DNA of 64,000 nucleotides from Eledone cirrhosa (taxonomy: Eukaryota). Position numbers and translations under genes: made by a program. The notes beneath the pieces were generated by a model. That model was not told the DNA's origin. It made no database searches and saw only the letters and a list, made by a program, of their open reading frames with translations. The DNA is taken from the NCBI GenBank assembly GCA_964016885.1, contig OZ024740.1, positions 23,870,001-23,934,000 on the forward strand. Reading direction: 5' to 3'. Shown one piece after another: positions 42,072-54,707 of this stretch (within the stretch, counting starts at the first letter, position 1; every line of letters starts with the position of its first letter).

Positions 42072-43215
42072 TGGTAGACAGACAATATATAGAAAAATAA
42101 AAATCTCTATATAATAAATTCTCATATATTGTAGTAAATTTATAAACAGCAAGATTAAAATGTAGAAGTATAGATACATATATCTTTGATCGGTTGAAAT
42201 ATCGAGAGGCAGACAGATAAATCGATTTCTGATCAGACAGATAAATGGATAAATAATGTTCTTTTCTCATTGTGCGTATATACATATATACACTCGTTCA
42301 CAGACACACAGATTACACATTAATATGTATATATGTATGTATGTTAAAGAGGGGTAGGGATAGCGAGAGAGGAAGGGAGAGAGAGAGTGGAAGGGGAGAG
42401 TGAAAGAGAGAGATAGAGAGAGGAAGGGGAGAGTGAAAGAGAGAGATAGAGAGATAGAGAGGAAGGGAGAGATAGAGAGATATAGAGAGGAAGGGAGAGA
42501 GTGAAAGAGAAGTTAGTACGGCGCTAAAGAAAGTGACAATGTATAGATTGGTAAATTGATGAATAAATTGATAGAAATGTGGACACCACACACTTAGACT
42601 AATGCACACACACATACACATATACACACATACACACATACACACATACACACATACACACACACATACACATACACACATATACCCTTACACGTACAGT
42701 CACAAACACAGATAATCACACATACACAGACATACCCTCACGCTTACACTCACGCACAGACACACACACACACACATATACACACATACACACACATACA
42801 CTCATTCACACTCACAAACACAGACACACACCTATACACACTCATACCCTCACACATACATTCACACATACATTCACACAGACACATATATCCTCACACA
42901 TACACTCACACATACAGACAATCACATATACACACACACGCATATACACACATACCCTTACACATATACAGACAAACACACACACACACACACACACGTA
43001 CACACACATACCCTCACACACAGGTATACACACGCATGCTCTCACACATACTCTCACACATACACTCACCAACACAATCACACATACACTCACCAACACA
43101 ATCACACATACACACATACACACACATACCCTCACACATACATTCACCAACACAATCACACACATACCCTCACACATACACTCACCAACACAATCACACA
43201 TACACACATAATATA
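41861..43215. repeat. (ATGT)n, (GATA)n, (GA)n and degenerate (CA)n microsatellites
   Basis: Read directly from the sequence. Confidence 0.9.
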
Positions 43216-43299
43216 TATACTCTCCTTATTTTCATATTTCTCCTTGCTCAATTTTCTCATTGTATTTGTATATAAACAAGTAGATAGATACAAGGAGAT

Positions 43300-43775
43300 C
43301 AAGCATGCAAGAAGAGCAATGATAACAGGAGAACAAGGATAAAAGGAGAACAGTGATAAAAGGAGAGCAAGGAGAGCAATAAAAAAAGGAGAACAAGGAG
43401 AGCAATGACAAAAGGAGAACAAGGAGAGCAATGACAAAAGGAGAGCAAAGAGAGCAAGGAGAAAAGGAGAGCAAGGAGGGCAAAGAGAGCAAGGAGAAAA
43501 GGAGAGCTAGGAGAGCACGGAGAGGAAGGAGAAAGGGAGAGCAAGGAGAGCAAGCATGCAAGAAGAGCAATGAGAAAAGGAAAGCAAGATGAGCAATGAG
43601 AAAAGGAGAGCAAGAAGAGCAATGTGAAAAGGAGAGCAAGATGAGCAATGAGAAAAGGAGAGCAAGATGTGCAATGGGAAAAGGAGAGCAAGGAGAGCAA
43701 GGAGAAAAGGAGAGCAAGGAGAGGAAGAAGAAAAGGAGAGCAATGAGAACAGGAGAGCAAGGAGTGCAAGGAGAG
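43300..43775. repeat. Purine-rich minisatellite built from a 9-mer (AGGAGAGCA) grouped into units of about 27 bp
   Basis: AAAAGGAGAGCAAGGAGAGCAATGA and variants recur. Confidence 0.85.
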
Positions 43776-43779
43776 TTTA

Positions 43780-44943
43780 AGTCAAATATTGCTCAAGTTA
43801 TACTAGAAGCAGACAAAGGTAAAGAAGAGGAAGGATAAAAAATCAACTAAAGAGGTACATTCTGCACCAAAATGACTTTTCTTCCTTAAGTTTGCGTCTT
43901 TTGTAACTCCTGGTACAAACACTTTCTTCCCGAGATTTTCTATCAGCACCGATTTCCTCGACAAAGACCCTTCAACATGGAAGGATGATCCTGGTTACAA
44001 AAATGGACTTGAAAAACTTGAGAAGACAGCTTTTGTGAATGATATTGCAGAAAGAGGTCTCAAACTCAATAACATTCTCACAAAAGATGAAACTGAGAAA
44101 CAATTTGCAGATCGTTACCGAAAACCGTAAAACATACCCAACTGCCACTAAATTCTCTCTTATGCAAAAAAAATGGTTTCTAATTTTGGCACAAGGTCAG
44201 CAATTATACCAGTGTATTACTGGTACTTTATTTTATCGACCCCGTAAGGATGAAAGTTAACCTCGGTGAGATTTGAACTCAGCATGGCAAGGGCCGTAAC
44301 TCTTTGCTTGTAAAGCATGGCGTCAGACCCTCTACCGATACTGCCATCCATTGCCTTATGCAAAAATAATTGTTTCTACTTTTGGCACAGGGCCATAAAT
44401 TACCCAGTGCATTACTGGCACTTTATTTTATCGACCCCGTAAGGATGAAAGGCAAAGTCAACCTCGGCGGGATTTGAGGTTGACTTATGCAAAAATAATG
44501 TCCAATATTCAGTGTTCAGTGTTCACATATGTTTTTGATTCTATAGAAATTATTGTTGTAAATAAAAATATGCTTTATTAAGAAAAGCTAATATTTCTTA
44601 AGTGATTTATGTTACTTCAGGAATTTTTCAAATTAATTATTGGTAAATTTGATTCAGAACGTTTTTAAACATTTGCTGGGGTTGCCTGGATGTGTCCACA
44701 TAAATTTCTCTGAGAAGAAAAAAGAAAATGGTCGAGATAGGGAACAGTATACCGCTTTTGAACATAATTAATCGTTGCGTATACTATGTTCCAACTTCAA
44801 GGCGTTTGAGGGTCGCCTAACAGTTGTCCGATTGAGCTGACATTTTGCTCACCCCATGTTTTTGTTCATTAAAACAGGATTAGTTTGTGGCAGCATCAAA
44901 TCTTTAACGTTCTCAAAATTACCTATTGCTAAGGGTCACCCTA

Positions 44944-44944
<1 letters not shown>
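43780..44944 (+). mobile_element. hATm-like DNA transposon 3' remnant (transposase C-terminus plus right terminus), interrupted by two SINEs
   Basis: Translation FSISTDFLDKDPSTWKDDPGYKNGLEKLEKTAFVNDIAERGLKL..NILTKDETEKQ / LQIVTENRKTYP matches the VND.AERG.KL motif I recall for hATm (Cc8K15.2-like) transposases. The element ends in CACCCTAA at 44944, next to (TA)n. Confidence 0.72.
44172..44478 (-). mobile_element. Two tandem family-1 SINEs (full-length plus 5'-truncated) with shared target-site duplications
   Basis: Same body as the 33211 copies. CTTATGCAAAAA(T/A)AAT occurs at 44159, 44355 and 44484. Confidence 0.9.
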
Positions 44945-44974
<30 letters not shown>

Positions 44975-45143
44975 GAGTCAAGACCCCGACGGCTCAACTC
45001 CGGCTGTTTCAACAGCTAGATCTGAACTCGGAGTTCAGCCGCCGGGGTCCTGAACCTTTTCCTAATACCCACTCTACTATCCTAAGTATCGAGTACGCCG
45101 GTGTGTTATGGTCCACCTGGTTTCTTATCACACTTCCTTCGTT
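44975..45143 (+). mobile_element. Diverged copy of hairpin element family A (putative PLE-derived) within (TA)n
   Basis: GACCCCGACGG...GCCGGGGTC hairpin, followed by CCACTCTACTATCCTAAGTATCGAGTAC...ATGGTCCACCTGG, which is shared with the 53-56 kb copies. Confidence 0.7.
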
Positions 45144-45180
45144 ATATATATATCTATATATATATATATATATATATATA

Positions 45181-45228
<48 letters not shown>

Positions 45229-45231
<3 letters not shown>

Positions 45232-45834
45232 TGGCTGCCAACTCGTTTTCGAGTACGGCCACTACTTTATATCCATGTAGGAGAACCCCTACCGATGCGC
45301 TGAACGAGTGTAACTTTTTAGTCCAGCCAGCGACTTGAAAACTCTGGTACAAACACTACACTTGTGACAATTATTGACACATAGTGTTGGGCCCATGGTA
45401 CCATGTGATGACAAGTGCAGAGAGATCTCCAGATATAAAGCAATGCCTGTGCCGTGAAGCTTTTATAGTGAGCAAAGGCACTGCACAAAGCCAGTCCCAC
45501 TCTCTTAACCAAGATGATATTTACCAAAAAGAAGAACAAGTCAACATCATTGGATACCATCAGGGTTGCAGGTGTTATATCAGAGTTTTCCTTCTCCTAG
45601 AATTCTGCCTTGACAAAGGCTAAGGGGTCATCTCTCCCGGTGATTTTGGATGGCCATTGACTCTTAAGAGCTCCTTTGCCCTTTGACAGGTTTTGTTTTT
45701 AGTCCTGCAGGATGTCCAAAGTCACCCTCCTCACCAAGAAACCTTGGTGGGGTTGCCAGTTTAGTCGCCAACGACCCGACCATGAGACAGGTTGTACTGG
45801 GATACATGTTACCAGTAGCACCACCTGGTGACCT

Positions 45835-45838
<4 letters not shown>
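45229..45838 (-). mobile_element. RTE-derived element of about 610 bp flanked by (TA)n on both sides; probably non-autonomous and internally deleted
   Basis: The 3' 410 bp match 41452-41860. The 5' part (GGCGACTAAACTGGCAACCCC...TAAAAACAAAACCTGTCAAAGG) looks non-coding and RTE 5'-UTR-like. Confidence 0.65.
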
Positions 45839-45905
<67 letters not shown>

Positions 45906-46814
45906 GTGTGTGTGTCTAATGGTAGCTAAGGTACTTCCATAGGCGGTATGCCAGTTGACCACTCTATGTTCTTACAGAGCAGAGTGTGATATAATATAAA
46001 AAAAAGAAAAATCACTGATGCATCTAGACTCAATTTATGTGTGTATGAATGTGTATGTGCACCTACATAGGGCAGGGTTTGTTTGTATGTTTATGTGCGT
46101 GTACATATACATATGTGTAGATATATATACATGTCTGTATGTATTTGTGTATGTGTGATTGTGTTTTTGGAAGTGTGTCTGTCCTTGTTGCCTATCACTC
46201 AGGACAGGCGTGTATGTGTGCGTGTGTGTGTCTATGTATATGTCTATGCGTGTTTGTGTATGTGTACGCAAACGCTGATATGTGTCCTTGTATGCCTGTA
46301 CGTGTGTGTGCATGTGTGCGCGTGTGCGTGCGTATGAGACCGAATGTAAGGGGGTATATAGGCAGGTGCCAGTGGACGTGTGTTGGTGTGTATATGGGTG
46401 TGGGTGTGTGTGGTTGTGTGTAGGAGAGGGAGTGTGTGTGTGTATATGTATATGGGTGTGTATATCTACACACGAGTGCGTACATGTGTATGCATATATA
46501 TGTGTATGTCTGCGTGTGTGTATGTGTATTTATATGTGTGTGTGTATGTGTGGGTATATATTTGTGAGTGTGAGCGGACTTGAGTCCATTGAAGTGTGTC
46601 GGACGGAGAGTAGCTGATGACCGGTGTGGTAGCAAATATTGACCAGCATTTATGATGACGTAGAAAAACAACAGCCAATGGCAAGACAAGAGTGGAAGAT
46701 GTTTTTTGAAGGTGTTTTTTGAAGCTAACACCCCAGTGAGAAAATATGCTCCGAAAGCATTGCATGTGTCCAAAGAACCTGCAGTTGTAGAATCAGGCAT
46801 ATCCATACAATGAT

Positions 46815-46854
46815 CATGTCTCGAGCTATCTGCCAGCGAAACAATTGTAACACG
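46815..46854 (+). ncRNA. Degenerate minimal type-I hammerhead ribozyme motif (PLE-type)
   Basis: CATGT-CT[..]CGA-GCT-ATCTGCC-AGC-GAAA-C-AATT-G-TA-ACACG. Stems I, II and III pair and loop III is palindromic, but the core lacks 2 nt of CUGANGA. Confidence 0.55.
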
Positions 46855-46917
46855 CAATAAACAGAGTCTAGATGCATCACTGATTTTTCGTTTTTTTATT
46901 ATATATATATTTTTATA

Positions 46918-46972
<55 letters not shown>

Positions 46973-47276
46973 GTGTGTGTGTGTGTGTGTGTGCGTGTGA
47001 GTGTGTGTGTGTGCGTGTACAGTATAAAAGTATATTTCTACAGGGGAGAGCTAAATTACTCCAGTCTATATCTGCTTAAAATATCTTATATTATTCTCAT
47101 TCATTTTATTGAGTTCTTTCTCCAGTTTGATTCCTGTTTAAATTGAGGTTTGCCATAAACTGTGACCAAAATTTAGCAGAAACAATCATCGTTGCTTGGT
47201 AGGAACTGGAACCACATATACGCAGGAATGTTACAAATTACTTTGTTCGTCAATAATAGTTCTAAATATGTTATTA

Positions 47277-47850
47277 CATTTTCTATATTTGGTATAAGGG
47301 ATATCGATTGGATCGATCCCAGTACGATACTGGTACTTTATTTTATCGACTCCGTAAGGATGAAAGCTAACTTCGGCGTGATTGAACTCAGAATGTAAAG
47401 GGGCGTAATTCTATGCCACAAAGCATATTGTCTGACGCTCTACTGATACTTCCAATGTACTGCATCAAATAATAATAATGGTTTCTAATTTAGGGAAGGG
47501 AAAATGGATTATATCGACCCAGTACATTACTGGTACTTTATTTTATCGACCACGTAAGGATGAAAGGCAAAGATAACCTCGGCGGGATTTGAACTCAGAT
47601 CATAAAGGGCCGTAACTATGCTAGAAAGCATGGTGTCCAACCCTCTACCGATACTGCTAATTCACTAAAAATAATACTAATTTGTAATATTCGCACAAAG
47701 TAAAGCATTTAAGACAGAGCCGTATTCATTTTATCGATCTCAGAAATAAGAAAGACAAACTCAGTATCAGAAGCGATTTGAACTAACAACGTAAACATAT
47801 ATAACTAAATCTTACAAACCGTTCGGTCCCCTACACTATCATACACACAT
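47277..47850 (-). mobile_element. Cluster of three family-1 SINEs of differing ages
   Basis: CTGGTACTTTATTTTATCGAC..GTAAGGATGAAAG..GATTTGAACTCAGA at about 47330 and 47530. A very decayed copy lies at about 47680-47850. Confidence 0.8.
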
Positions 47851-48330
47851 TAAACCAATACCCTTTATTTAGAAAAGAATCTACTGAAAGAAAAATACAG
47901 ACATATCAAAATGAATGAAACGATGATACTACATGTGTCTGTGTCTATTGAATGGAACCAATATCTCAAGAAATACTTAACTTTAAACGAAAGGAAAAAA
48001 TATAAAGATGGCTGTATGTATGAATGGGTGTGTGTGCGGGCGTATATTTTGGCTCCTTTCCTTCAAGAGCATAACCATTGCACTGCATTGCATAGTTTCT
48101 CTATCACATAACTACAACCCCTTTCTGACTTACAGACCACCTCAAGCGTTCCACCTTTCACCCAATATCATGATATGTCAATTGTGCATTCGATCAGAAA
48201 ATACTGTCATTGCAACTTGCAACATTGACCACTGAAGCAAGATTACTAACGTGTCTAACGAATTATAGACTTCTAGATTTTGCTGAGTCGGAAATTCGAG
48301 AACTGTCATATTTATCCACTTTTGTACTCT

Positions 48331-48439
<109 letters not shown>

Positions 48440-48443
48440 CTGC

Positions 48444-48531
<88 letters not shown>

Positions 48532-48631
48532 TAATATATATATATACACGCAAACACACACACACACACACACACTTGACCCCGACAGCAGAGATCAAGC
48601 CGTTTCAATATATATATATGTATATATATAT

Positions 48632-51600
48632 CACAACAACAACAAATACAACAATAACAAAAGAGGGGACTGCAACCCTATCCAATGTTGTAACCACAAA
48701 TCCAATCAAAAACTGCTCCCTGAACAAAAAAAAAATCTTTCTTTTTTAGCCATGAACCTGGCAAAAGTGATAGAGAAAAACGTTTTAGCCATCACCCAAC
48801 ACCATCCTTGCTGTCACTAACACACAATCACAAAACAAGCCCCCTACAACAGTCAAAACCAGCCACCACACTAGCCTCCACATTCTTACTCAATACACAA
48901 GGTATCAGCCCATCCATCAATGCACAGAAATGGAAGATCCAATTCATTGAGGATTGGGTTGGTAACCACCCATTTCACATCCCCTTCTTCATTCTTACTG
49001 AGACCCACCTTGACAACTCCCACTTGGAGGCCGAAGTAAGAGTGAGAAATTTCACAACCATCCGTGCGGATCGTGTTGGCAGAAGAAAGGGTGGAACTGC
49101 CATTTTTCTGCATGATTCCTTTACGGCAGATGGCAACACAACATTCTTTAATGGATACTGTGAATCAGTCACTGTGCACATTAAAGCCAATGACCTGACA
49201 TTAGTTGGGCTCTATAGGCAACCACAAACACCCATAATCTGTTTCAAAGAATGCATCAACAGTATTAAATGCTTTATTAAACAGTGCCATTCTAGCAACA
49301 TACTTTTGATGGGAGACTTTAATCTACCCTGTGTCGATTGGTCTACATGTAGTTTGAAACCAGGCTCCACAGCCTCAACCACTGACAAAGAGGCTGTCGA
49401 GTCACTTCTTGACTTCATGAATTAGTTTTTCTTGTCCCAACTTGTCCTTGCACCAACGAGGCATCAGAAGAACATTCTGGATATAGTGTTTAGTAACCAC
49501 ACTAACACTATACATAATATTACAGTGGAAAAAACACTTCCCTCAGATCACCAGCCCACCCATTTGATAACATGGATCTCTACAATGCCAACTGGGATGC
49601 AATTATGAACGAACTATCACATATCGACACGCACACACACTTCCACCAACATCAAAACATCTTGCAGATCTTTGTAGACATTGTCACAAATATATGTACA
49701 AAACGCACCCCACCAAAATCTGTGAACAAAACCAAGTGCTGTATCCCCCAAAACAGAAAAACAATTATCAGAAAAATAAAAAGAACAAACAAAAAAATTA
49801 ACACACTGAAATACTGCCAATAGCAACACACACATTGACATTGAGTCAAAAAAATATAACTTCCAGCAATGCATGATGACCATCATCAATATCCAGAGAA
49901 TAACTGAAGAGAGGTGGGCCATAGAGAAAATCAAACTCAACCCCAAAGTTTTCTTCTCATTTGCTAAAAAACACAAGGTCACCGTCTCCACTGTTGGCCC
50001 CCTAGTTGATGAAAATGACACACTCCAGGACAATTCCAAAACCATGGGCGAGATACTGCAGAAACAATACTGCTCTGTTTTCAGCAACCCTGATATGGCC
50101 GATCTGGGCCGGATCAGTGATATTAACCCCCAACACACTATATCAGACATAACGTTTGGCGCCCCTGATGTCTTAGCGGCAATAAACGAAATTAAACACA
50201 ATTCAGCAGTAGGCCCCAACAGGTTCCCTGCTTGTGTCCTGAAGGTGTGTCGGCACCAACTTTCAACTCCTCTTGCTAATCTGTGGAGGAACTCACTGGA
50301 CACTGGCTATATTCCTGAAAACTTTTTGTCCCAGTCCGTTGTCCCAGTCTTCAAAAAGGGAAATAAGTCCCTTGCAGTGAACTACCGTCCGATTTCACTC
50401 ACCTTTCATATTATCAATGTATTTGAGAGGGTGGTGAGATCACGAATAACCCACTTTCTTGAAAGCAACGGCCTGCTAAACTCCAACCAACATGGGTTCC
50501 GTAATGGAAGGGACTGCCTAACGCAGCTCCTGCATCATTTTGACGATGTTTTGAGAGTCTTGGGAGAGGGCTCCAACACTTATGTCATCTACCTTGATTT
50601 CAGCAAGGCCTTCGACAGGGTTGATCATAAGATTCTACTGAAAAAAATATCCAATGTTGGTGTCTCGGGAAGGTTACTACAGTGGATCAAATGTTTACTG
50701 ACAGGCAGAACCCAGCATGTTGTAATCGAAGGAGTAAAATCAAGCCCTGCCAAAGCAGCAGTGGCGTCCCACAAGGCACTGTGTTGGGCCCACTTCTTTT
50801 CATCATCTACATTAATGACATTACTGACATCATCAAGCACAGCAACATCAGAATCTTCGCAGATGATTCCAAGCTCCAAAGGGTTATCAATGAGGTGGGT
50901 GACCGGACTTGCCTTCAGTCAGATCTCCTGGCTGTTATCCAATGGGCAGAAATGAATAATATGCTGTTGAATGAGGATAAATTTAAACTAATACACTTTG
51001 GAAAAACGGATGCCCTAAAACTACCATACTCTCTTCCTTCGGGTGAAACTCTAGTGGCTTCCAATAACATCAGAGACCTGGGGGTAATTGTGGACAACAA
51101 TATAAGCTGGGCCACTCATATAAACAGCAAAGTTGATATGGCCCGCAGAATGTGTTCCTGGATTCTCAGAACTTTCCAGTCGAGAGATATCCATACTGTT
51201 GTCCTTCTCTTCTCCACTTTTGCCCGACCCCACCTTGAATACTGTTGTCCACTGTGGTCACCCCACACGAAACAAAGTATCATGAAAGTTGAAGCACCCC
51301 AAAGGTCAATCACAAAAAAGATAGATGGCATGACAGGTCGTGACTATTGGGGTCGATTAGAAAAGCTCAAAATTTATTCTCTTCAACGTCGCTGTGAGCG
51401 CTACATTATCTGTATGATGTGGAAAATATTCCATCAGCTTTGCCCAAATGATGTTGGCATCACCTTTAGTGTACACCCAAGGCTTGAGCCCGTGCTATCC
51501 GCCCACGACAAAAATCCCACTCGCATCACATAACAACAACACGGCACAATTATTTCACCTCAATTGCACCAAACATTACACCAAAACACATCAAAGCAGA

Positions 51601-51817
51601 GACAGACCCCATCAAGTTCAAGAAGTCTTTGGATAAATTCCTTCAAGAAATCCCGGATAAGCCTCCTACAACCGTATATGCCCCCGTAAACAATAACTCT
51701 CTGCTCGAGTGGGCCATGGTTCCCAAACACTGATTTGTAAGACTTCGCCAGGTGGTGCTATTACCTTAGACATGGCCTGGGCCAATACTGGCCGAAACCT
51801 ATCAAAGTTAATCAAGT
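48632..51817 (+). mobile_element. Decayed CR1-like LINE: ORF1 C-terminal remnant, APE endonuclease, RT, 3' UTR and tail
   Basis: APE motifs LTETHL, RADR..RKGGTAIF, GLYR, MGDFNLPCVDW and SDH. RT motifs NYRPISLT, QHGFR, YLDFSKAFDRVDH, SGVPQGTVLGPLLF, FADD, RDLGV, RPHLEY and YSLQRR. Stops and frameshifts near 49425, 49823, 50750 and 51490. The 3' stem-loop GGCCAATACTGGCC precedes an ATCAA(A)GTTA x2 tail. Confidence 0.93.
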
Positions 51818-51943
51818 TATATATATATATATATATGTGTGTGTATAAAAATATATGACTCTCTCTCTCTCTCTCTGCCTCTCTCTCTCTCTCTCCATCT
51901 CTCTCTCTCTCTCACTCTCTCTCCATCTCTCTCTCTCTCTTTC

Positions 51944-52040
<97 letters not shown>

Positions 52041-52347
52041 AACGTCACCGAGTTTAAATCACCACCCGGCCATTGGGTATGTTTGTATATTTTCGGCTAA
52101 GTTTTCATTTGAAGCATACCACACCACACACTATCACACACACTAGTACATACACACTATCACATACACATACACACACACATACACGCACACAGAGGCA
52201 GGCCCAAACACAGACATAAACACACATATTAGCACAGACACACAAACGCACACGCATACACACACATATACAAACAGGCCTAGACACAGGCACACATACA
52301 CTCATGTTTACCCACACACACAATCACTAGCGTGTTTACCCCACATT

Positions 52348-52531
52348 ATTGGCAGTATCTGTAGAGGGTCGGACGCTATGCTTTGACGTATAGAGTTACG
52401 GCCCTTGCCATTCTGAGTTCAAATCCATCCGAGGTTAACTTTGCCTTTCATCCTTACAGGGTCGATAAAATAAAGTACCAGTAATACACTGGAATAATTG
52501 CTGGCCTTGTGCCAAAAGTAGAAACAATTAT
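52348..52531 (+). mobile_element. Family-1 tRNA-derived SINE
   Basis: TGGCAGTATC..GAGTTCAAATCC..TTTGCCTTTCATCC..GTGCCAAAAGTAGAAACAATTAT. Confidence 0.9.
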
Positions 52532-52753
52532 ATTTATTTGTATCTGTTTCTACTTTTGGCATTCGTTTTCTAATTCCAGAAAATTTGAATTGTTTGCAAA
52601 TCTCTGCCGATATTTTTGTTCATGTTCTTGTAGCTCGATTTCTTTCCTACTATGTTACATGTTATCACGACAATATACATATTGCTAGCTCTACTCTTTA
52701 CTTGTTCTTGTTTCCAATGTTATTGGGGTTCTTAGTGATATATCTATTATATG

Positions 52754-53140
52754 CAGACCTGTCAACTCTCCCCGTCCGACGGGGAGATCTCCCACCCACT
52801 TTGAGGTGTCTGAGAGATGTCTTCTCTTTGGAAAATGGGTATAGCTTTCATTATTTAACATCTCTCTTAACGGTGGGTTGGCAGTATCGGTAGAGGGTCG
52901 GACGCCATGCTTTGACGCATAGAGTTACGGCCCTTGCCATTCTGAGTTCAAATCCCGCCGAGGTTAACTTTGCCTTTCGTCCTTACGGGATCGATAAAAT
53001 AAAGTACCAGTAATGCACTGGGTCTTTGCTGGCCTTGTGCCAAAAGTAGAAACAATTATGTAAAATCTCCCAATCTTGTCTCATTTTCCCCCGTTTTGGG
53101 GCAATTTTTCTCATGGTACTCCCCGTTTGCAGTTTTAGAC
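52754..53140 (+). mobile_element. Possible hAT-like MITE remnant interrupted by a SINE
   Basis: Starts CAGACCTGTCAACTCTCCCCGT with the subterminal palindrome CTCCCCGTCCGACGGGGAG. The CTCCCCGT motif recurs after the SINE. No right terminus or TSD was found. Confidence 0.35.
52871..53059 (+). mobile_element. Family-1 tRNA-derived SINE, best-preserved copy
   Basis: Intact A box TGGCAGTATCGG, B box GAGTTCAAATCCC, conserved body and ATT tail. Confidence 0.92.
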
Positions 53141-53205
53141 CCTAAGTATTGAGTACTCTGGTGCTTTATGGTCCACCTGGTTCCTTACCACACTTTCTTT
53201 GTTAT
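53139..53205 (+). mobile_element. Family A 3' fragment
   Basis: ACCCTAAGTATTGAGTACTCTGGTGCTTTATGGTCCACCTGGTTCCTTACCACACTTTCTTTGTTAT, inverted relative to 53672-53746. Confidence 0.75.
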
Positions 53206-53378
53206 ATACACACATATATATATATATGTATATATATATACATATATATATTATCCGTTTGTTTTGGAATTCGAAACTTCGGTAAGGGCACATATAGTAA
53301 GTACAGTGAAATTAAAAAAAAATATTTTAAAACTGTTTCTCTATTTGCTAGACGTGGATTTTATATATATATATACAT

Positions 53379-53414
<36 letters not shown>

Positions 53415-53555
53415 CTTTCTATCTAACTCTTCTCTCTCCCCATCTCTCTCTATATTATATATAAATACATTTTATTTGTATTTAATTGTAAGTGACTACT
53501 TTGAGTTTTTAACTCAATATATACCTTTCATATATATATAATATGTATATATATA

Positions 53556-53652
<97 letters not shown>

Positions 53653-53671
53653 TATATACATATATATATAT

Positions 53672-54009
<338 letters not shown>

Positions 54010-54707
54010 AAGAGAATGGAGATGCAGAGATATATGTTGTTAAACTGAGTGTGAGTGAATGAGATATAGAGTGAAGGAGGAGATGGTATCTGCGAGAGTG
54101 AGGCAGACCGCAGCCATAATGAACGGGTGGTCGTTAATTACCTTAACTACTTATCAAATTTCTTTCTTATAATTGTTTTTCAGCGGTAATTCAAGTGACA
54201 TTTGTTTATGTTGAGGAATTATTAATGTAGGAAAGATAGACAGAGAGGTCCTTAGAAAGAAATGTGAGAGAAGGATTAGAAAAGAGAGAAGGAAAGAGTT
54301 ACAGAGAGATAGAGAGGGTGCGTGAGAGAGAGAGTGAGTGAGAGACAGAGAATGTGTGAGGGAGAGAAAGAGGGATGTATAGAGATAGTTACAGAGAGAG
54401 TTACAGGGAAATAGGGAGAGTGGATGAGAGAGGGTGGGTGAGAGACAGAGAATGTGTGTATGTGTGTGTGTATGAGAGAGAGAGAGAGAGGACGTAATGG
54501 TATTAATTGTGGTATGGGGAAAGCATACAAAATCAGAGAATCCAAGTTGGGAGTATGAGTGCTTTTAATGAAGTGATTTAATCATGTACTCAAAATCACT
54601 GCATACATTAATTACTCGTACACACACACACACATACATACATACACACTCACATACATACACACACACACACACATATATATATGAGTATGTGTGTATG
54701 TATTATC

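Noticed and set aside
51774-51800. GGCC..GGCCGAAAC as a hammerhead half
   Set aside because: No CUGANGA core; better explained as the LINE 3' recognition stem-loop.
52871-52960. Functional tRNA genes at SINE heads
   Set aside because: The A-B box spacing is extended and there is no acceptor stem; each is followed by a SINE body and tail.
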